Shown here in pieces: positions 59,012 to 64,000 of a stretch of DNA of 64,000 nucleotides (the first letter of the stretch is position 1; each line of letters starts with the position of its first letter). The translations under genes and the position numbers were made by a program. Origin of the DNA: Gloeobacterales cyanobacterium (GTDB lineage: Bacteria > Cyanobacteriota > Cyanobacteriia > Gloeobacterales > PMM-0068). The stretch lies in contig JBBRSB010000008.1 in assembly GCA_038245785.1 (NCBI GenBank), forward strand, positions 1 to 64,000. Direction: 5' to 3'. Below the pieces are notes generated by a model. It saw only the letters and a program-made list of their open reading frames with translations, was not told where the DNA came from and ran no database searches.

Positions 59012-60940
59012 CTATGTTTTCACTTCCTTCGTTTTCGCCTCGAGCTTTGTGATAACTTCATTTAGATAATGTTCAATATACGACTTCAAAAAGTATCCGC
59101 TGAGCTTTCCCTGTCTGTGGCTAACCTCCAACAGCAATAAACACCGAACAGATTTAAGCCATTCTAATTCTTCAATCAAATTAGTGCCACCAAATTCATA
59201 TCGCTTTTTTAACACTCGAAAGACTTCTTTTTGGTCTTTAGGATCTATGGATAATAACTGTTCTACAAATGCACTTTCCTGTATATATTTTAGGACTGGC
59301 CTATACTGATATTCATGTACAAAAGTATCCCCGTTATCTCGATAAAGCATTCTATAAAAATTCCGAACATCACTTTGCATGGTAACAAGTAAATCTTGAC
59401 CATTGCCAGGCATCCTTTCTTCTCTTCTTACTAGTTCTTGGACTGTATCAAGATATGAGGATAATTCTCTGAATTCCTCAAAATCTTTTCCCTGAAAGCC
59501 AAGACCAACATAACTATCAGAGATATCTCCAACTGTTGAAAGAGAAGCAGGAGCAAATTTGTCACTGCATTTTAGCTGATCGATATAAAGCTTAGAATCT
59601 TTAAGAAGCTCTTCTTTAGATTTATGATAAAGCCCAATACTGGAGAGGGTTAAAAACAGTCCAAAAACATGTTTAATAACTCCAATCTCAACATACTCTC
59701 TATTGTTCCATCCTGACTCCACTGTATGAATAATATTATCAAAATCATTATCAGAAAGGTTATAAAGATGCCATAATCTAACCCAGTTTGGGGTATTTTC
59801 ATCCTGGAAGTATTTACTGTTTAATATTGATTGCTCTAGTTCTTTTGCATTTATGATACCTCTGTCAAAAAACATTTGCCACCATAGTTCACTTGGAAAA
59901 ATATCATACGGATTAAGGAAGGTATACCTACTAAAAATTGTTTGAATTGGAGTCAGTTCTTCACTATTACCTTTAATGTTAGTACTGGCTGATTGGCGCA
60001 AACTAATCTGAGTTGAATAGGCAGATAAATATGCCTCTCGTAGTTGGCTAATATCTTTTGCAAGCATATCTCCCCGTTTGATCTCAATGGAAAAAACCGT
60101 GAGTAATTTCAACAGGTCTTTCAAAAGCTCTGGCTCCCGTTTTGCCTTTTTTGGCAAGTCATCAAAGATCCTCGCAAAATCTAAAATAATTTGCTTCAAA
60201 CTCCTTAAATTCTCATATTCAGCTTCTTTGTACAAATCTTGTACCAATTCAGTATTATTAGATAAGAACGCTCTGACATCTTGCTGCTTTACCATGGTAA
60301 TAAAGTCCTCTAAAGCACTCTCAAAATCTAGAGACACACCAAAAGTTTTTCCTATTAATTTTTCTTTAATAGCTTTATAACTAGAATTTTTCAATAATTC
60401 ATCTTCATTTGCAATGAGAATTACTTTTAATTCTTGATGTTCAACAAAATAATTGATATAGCCTAATATATTGCTGAGATCTATGTTACAGCGTTCTAAA
60501 TCATCAAAAACTAAAATACATTTATCGGTATTTTTAAGATATTCGGGAAGATTAATGTCTGGAATTCCAACGTTTATTGCTCCATCATCTCTATTGTCAT
60601 TATTCAAGTCAATTTTTAACGTGCCTTTTAGTAATCCTTTAAAGATCTTACTTGTTATTGCCATTCCTTTTGATGAGAGTATAGGATGCAATTGTTGAAA
60701 AAAAGCATCTTCTATCTCAGAAAAGCTTGTCATTCCATAAAGGCTAACGTACAAAAATCTTTGTTGTTTGCCTTTGAAGTTTTTACAATATTTATTGATA
60801 AACCACGTCTTTCCAGATCCCCACTGACCTTTTAATAGAACAGCAAATCCAGGTGCATGAGATAATTTACAGTAATAATCTAAATATTCTTCTATATGGC
60901 TGTTAACCATTCGCTTGCTTTGACTCATTACTCTCCTCAC
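59012..60940 (-). CDS. KAP-family P-loop NTPase
   Basis: AVLLKGQWGSGKT, YVSLYG, ILVFDDLER, KEKLIG, NLRSLK; markedly AT-rich. Confidence 0.85.
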   Translation of the reverse strand: MRRVMSQSKRMVNSHIEEYLDYYCKLSHAPGFAVLLKGQWGSGKTWFINKYCKNFKGKQQRFLYVSLYGMTSFSEIEDAFFQQLHPILSSKGMAITSKIFKGLLKGTLKIDLNNDNRDDGAINVGIPDINLPEYLKNTDKCILVFDDLERCNIDLSNILGYINYFVEHQELKVILIANEDELLKNSSYKAIKEKLIGKTFGVSLDFESALEDFITMVKQQDVRAFLSNNTELVQDLYKEAEYENLRSLKQIILDFARIFDDLPKKAKREPELLKDLLKLLTVFSIEIKRGDMLAKDISQLREAYLSAYSTQISLRQSASTNIKGNSEELTPIQTIFSRYTFLNPYDIFPSELWWQMFFDRGIINAKELEQSILNSKYFQDENTPNWVRLWHLYNLSDNDFDNIIHTVESGWNNREYVEIGVIKHVFGLFLTLSSIGLYHKSKEELLKDSKLYIDQLKCSDKFAPASLSTVGDISDSYVGLGFQGKDFEEFRELSSYLDTVQELVRREERMPGNGQDLLVTMQSDVRNFYRMLYRDNGDTFVHEYQYRPVLKYIQESAFVEQLLSIDPKDQKEVFRVLKKRYEFGGTNLIEELEWLKSVRCLLLLEVSHRQGKLSGYFLKSYIEHYLNEVITKLEAKTKEVKT

Positions 60941-61000
60941 TTTGTCTTGTGCTGTTACTAGGAACTGTTAGTTTTTAGGACTTTTATCCAGCCGCAAATC

Positions 61001-61055
61001 TACGGTCTAGTCTTGTAATATCCTAGATTATCCTGCACCTCTGCGCTTTAACTCC
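61001..61055. repeat. Degenerate ~55-bp direct repeat, copy A
   Basis: TACGGTCTA...TTATCC..CAC.TCTGCG.TTTAACTCC, shared with 61809-61862. Confidence 0.75.
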
Positions 61056-61774
61056 GAGATTTTGGAGTTGTTGCGATGGCATTGACAATCACTAGTGTCC
61101 AGGCGAGTTTGGCTTGATGATATGTTTAACAATTTTTCTAACTCGGGAGCAGTAGTGCTTAGAACTACACCAACGAAAAGCCAAAACGCACCAATTGCGG
61201 AGATGTGGAGCCCACCTGTACCAAGGTTCAGGATAGAATCTCTCAATTTCGACACTTCTTGTAATCGTTCAGAACTTTCTTTCTTCAACAACTCATTCTG
61301 TGCTTGATTTTGCTCATCAATTCTATTGTGCATGTTCTTGATGGATGAACGTAGAATGTTCAGATTCTTTTCTGCCGCGTGAACTCTGTCTTCTAAAGTC
61401 GGGTTCTCATGCAAGTCATCCCAATTTTTAAATTCTAATCTACCAGTACTACTATTTTCTCCAGATAGCTCGCCCATAATTGTTTTCCCCTTATGATATG
61501 TCGGGAATCTTTTCAGCCAGTCTACAACAACTGATGTGAGAGACGGCTGATTAAATTGACTACGGGTTATGTGTATTCCCCAAATCACGGTCAGGATACT
61601 AAAGCATTGAAGCACCAGTCCAGATAATCTAAAAATCAGCTCTGAAGCACCAAATATTTGTAGTGGTATGCAAATCAAAAAAATAGTGACAAAGCTGAGC
61701 CAAAATAGCTTTGGGATCAGCATCCAATCTACTACCCGCTTAAGCCAGCAGAGGAATTGTCTCAATTTGTACAT
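61028..61774 (-). CDS. Hypothetical membrane protein with coiled coil
   Basis: Two N-terminal and one C-terminal hydrophobic segments; AT-rich. Confidence 0.75.
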   Translation of the reverse strand: MYKLRQFLCWLKRVVDWMLIPKLFWLSFVTIFLICIPLQIFGASELIFRLSGLVLQCFSILTVIWGIHITRSQFNQPSLTSVVVDWLKRFPTYHKGKTIMGELSGENSSTGRLEFKNWDDLHENPTLEDRVHAAEKNLNILRSSIKNMHNRIDEQNQAQNELLKKESSERLQEVSKLRDSILNLGTGGLHISAIGAFWLFVGVVLSTTAPELEKLLNISSSQTRLDTSDCQCHRNNSKISELKRRGAG

Positions 61775-61808
61775 TTTTTACACTCAACTATTTATTCAAA
61801 TGCACTTG

Positions 61809-61862
61809 TACGGTCTAATTCTGGGATATGCGAGCTTATCCCACACTCTGCGATTTAACTCC
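61809..61862. repeat. Degenerate ~55-bp direct repeat, copy B
   Basis: Aligns with 61001-61055; internal TGGGATA/TATCCCA inverted repeat. Confidence 0.75.
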
Positions 61863-62212
61863 AAAAAAGATGAGCCAGAAAATCTAGCTCATCTTTTCTC
61901 AAACATATCTTTGGGTAATGCATCGGAGAAAATATGAATCTGTCCCATACTTTCTACAAAGGTCAACTTTTCCAACAGGTTAATAATTTCTCTTTGAAAA
62001 AATTTTTCGTTTGCCATTACTACGCACTTTCCAGAGAAGACTACGTAATTTTACGGGTATAAGGGTGTAGAAAGCAACATGTCTATTTTTCACATACCCA
62101 AAGCTCAATCTCTAAAATCTAATCGAAGGGACACATTATCCTCTCCCTCACACTCATACTTTGGAAACGAAGCTGCACCAGCAGCAGGCTTAGTCTCGTT
62201 GTATTGCTAACC

Positions 62213-62776
62213 TTAATCAAGTAACCAGCTAAACAAGCCCTCAACGGTGAGATTGAAATCTTTAGCAAACTCCGGCACGGGTAAACGTGCTCCTGGTTCA
62301 TCGTAAAAACTGGTTGGCTGATCTTTCAAGTAGACAAACACAGATTGTTCGTCTGGATCAATCAGCCATCCCATCTGAGTTCCATACTTAAGGCAATGTA
62401 GAATGTTCTTAGTTACTTTCGTTTGACTCTGGTCTGGAGATAGGATTTCGATTGTCCAATCTGGAGCAGTGGAGAAGACATTAGCAACACCATCATTTTC
62501 CTTGCGCGGGATCCTGTCCCACAAAAACACAGAAATGTCAGGGATGATGGAACGTCCACCAAAAGTACAGCGAAGCTCTGAGAACGCTCGTGCAATTTGT
62601 TTAGGTTTTACAACCAAGTTGATTGCAGGTGCTAATTCAGTCTGAATTACACTGTGCTCTCCCTGCGGCATCGGTTTTTGGGTAATGTACCCATCCATAT
62701 ACTCGCTGGCAGGTTCTGTCTCTGGCAGTTCCAGGAACTCTTCTAAAGTCAGAAGTTTAGTAGGGGTCTGGACCAT
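62213..62776 (-). CDS. Uma2-family (PD-(D/E)XK) endonuclease-like protein
   Basis: LTLEEFLELPETEPASEY, PQGEHS, PDI, APDWTIEILSP, WLIDP. Confidence 0.93.
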   Translation of the reverse strand: MVQTPTKLLTLEEFLELPETEPASEYMDGYITQKPMPQGEHSVIQTELAPAINLVVKPKQIARAFSELRCTFGGRSIIPDISVFLWDRIPRKENDGVANVFSTAPDWTIEILSPDQSQTKVTKNILHCLKYGTQMGWLIDPDEQSVFVYLKDQPTSFYDEPGARLPVPEFAKDFNLTVEGLFSWLLD

Positions 62777-62845
62777 TTAAGTTAAGGTTTCCGTGAGAGG
62801 AGCGAGTTGTGCTGCTTCTATCTGTCATTCTACAAAATCCTCTCC

Positions 62846-62877
62846 CTCACAAGTTCCTCAATTTTTCCCCATACCTT
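62846..62877 (+). promoter_or_regulatory. Repeated promoter motif, copy 3 (CTCACAAGTTCCTCAA-N10-TACCTT)
   Basis: Upstream of hoxW-hypA-acetate-CoA ligase. Confidence 0.6.
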
Positions 62878-62944
62878 GGAAACGAAGCTACGCTATAGCC
62901 TGCGGCCCAGTGGAGAGCGATGTAGTCAGTCTGGAATAAAGATT

Positions 62945-63433
62945 ATGCTCACCAAAACATCTCAGAAAGCACTGCTGATTGGTTATGGCAATGATTTGCG
63001 GGGTGATGATGCGATTGGAAAGCGGGTCGCTGATGCGGTTGCCGCTCGGAAATTGGCTGATGTGGAGACTTTGGCGGTCCATCAATTAACCCCTGAACTG
63101 GCGGCAACCCTGGCAAAATTTGAGCGGGCCATTTTTGTGGATGCTTATATCGCTGCCGATGAAGAAGACGTAGGGGTTCATCCTCTTAAACCTGCTCACA
63201 CTGGAGGGATAGCAGGACACACCGGAGATCCGCAGTCTTTGCTAAGCCTTACCCAAGCGCTTTATGAACACTGTCCTCAGGCTTGGTGGGTGACGGTCCC
63301 AGGAGTCAATTTTGAAGTGGGAGATAGCCTTTCTCTCAAAGCTGAACAGGGAGTCACTAAAGCACTGGAACGAATCGAGCTGCTGCTTAAAGATGCCAAA
63401 GGAGGCCATGAGCCATGCACGAAGTCGGATTGA
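62945..63433 (+). CDS. hoxW: Hydrogenase maturation protease HoxW
   Basis: IGYGNDLRGDDAIG, HQLTPELA, FVDA, GH. Start at ATG 62945. Confidence 0.93.
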   Translation: MLTKTSQKALLIGYGNDLRGDDAIGKRVADAVAARKLADVETLAVHQLTPELAATLAKFERAIFVDAYIAADEEDVGVHPLKPAHTGGIAGHTGDPQSLLSLTQALYEHCPQAWWVTVPGVNFEVGDSLSLKAEQGVTKALERIELLLKDAKGGHEPCTKSD

Positions 63434-63759
63434 TGCACCGTATCCTGGACCATGCCCTGGAACAGGCACGAGCGCAGGGAGCTCAACAAATTAACGAGAT
63501 TCACGTGCGGGTGGGAATAGCCTCTGGGGTCGCACCTGAGAGCTTAGATTTAGCTTTTCAGGTAGTCAAAAAAGGGACGATTGCAGAAAAGGCTCAGTTC
63601 AAAATAGAAGAGGTTCCGATTATTTGCCACTGCCCCAGATGCAAACAGGATTTCCAGCCGCTGGACTCCTGGCTCTATGAATGTCCGCAATGCCATCAAA
63701 TCAGTACGGAAATACGTCAAGGGAAAGAATTGGAACTGGCCTCTCTCGAAATTTCTTGA
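63415..63759 (+). CDS. hypA: Hydrogenase nickel metallochaperone HypA
   Basis: MHE start, CPRC and CPQC, GKEL. Confidence 0.95.
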   Translation: MHEVGLMHRILDHALEQARAQGAQQINEIHVRVGIASGVAPESLDLAFQVVKKGTIAEKAQFKIEEVPIICHCPRCKQDFQPLDSWLYECPQCHQISTEIRQGKELELASLEIS

Positions 63760-63767
63760 GGTAGAAA

Positions 63768-64000
63768 ATGCAAAAGCCGATCCCCTTAGCCTCCTCAAAA
63801 GTTGACCCTGCCCACGATATTCTCCGCACCGAAGGTCAACCCCTAGATATCATCTTTGCCCCAAAGAGCGTGGCGGTGATTGGGGCATCAGAGCGCGTCG
63901 GTAGTGTTGGGCGCACGATTCTATGGAATTTAGTCAGCAATCCGTTTGGAGGAACCGTTTTCCCCGTTAATCCGAAACGGCACAGCGTTCTTGGCATCAA
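63768..64000 (+). CDS. Acetate-CoA ligase (ADP-forming)/GNAT-type protein, 5' end (partial)
   Basis: GAGG RBS; MQKP...[30 protein letters not shown]...VFPVNPK CoA-binding domain. Not in the ORF track. Confidence 0.88.
   Translation, partial: MQKPIPLASSKVDPAHDILRTEGQPLDIIFAPKSVAVIGASERVGSVGRTILWNLVSNPFGGTVFPVNPKRHSVLGI

Overview
Cyanobacterial chromosomal window. A basal Gloeobacterales-like lineage is suggested by the D1 C-terminal sequence and the scarcity of HIP1 octamers; this is inference only. From left to right: (1) the 3' end of psbA, with an unusually short 9-residue C-terminal extension. (2) A ~22 kb minus-strand heterocyst-glycolipid/PUFA-synthase-type PKS operon: hglE-like KS-AT-ACP2, KR-DH, CLF-AT, PfaD/HglA ER, a free ACP, a docking-domain/class II aldolase-like protein, a HetN-like SDR, a GT28 glycosyltransferase, UDP-galactopyranose mutase, a DevA/B/C exporter and a HetI PPTase. 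It lacks HglB reductase, HglD and HglT and may make a different, galactofuranosylated lipid. (3) Ordinary housekeeping genes (accA, GST, carotenoid oxygenase, Usp, site-2 protease, PhzF). (4) A ~30 kb fermentation/hydrogen island (hypE, sixA, pyk, hypD, pfkA, pyrD-like, nifJ/PFOR, hoxEFUYH, hoxW, hypA, acetate-CoA ligase) carrying three copies of one promoter-like motif. (5) Inside that island, between hoxH and hoxW, a ~10 kb insertion of intact and decaying toxin-antitoxin modules, a KAP NTPase and repeat-flanked cassette-like genes. No rRNA, tRNA, CRISPR array or transposase was recognised. All calls come from reading motifs by eye; no searches were run.
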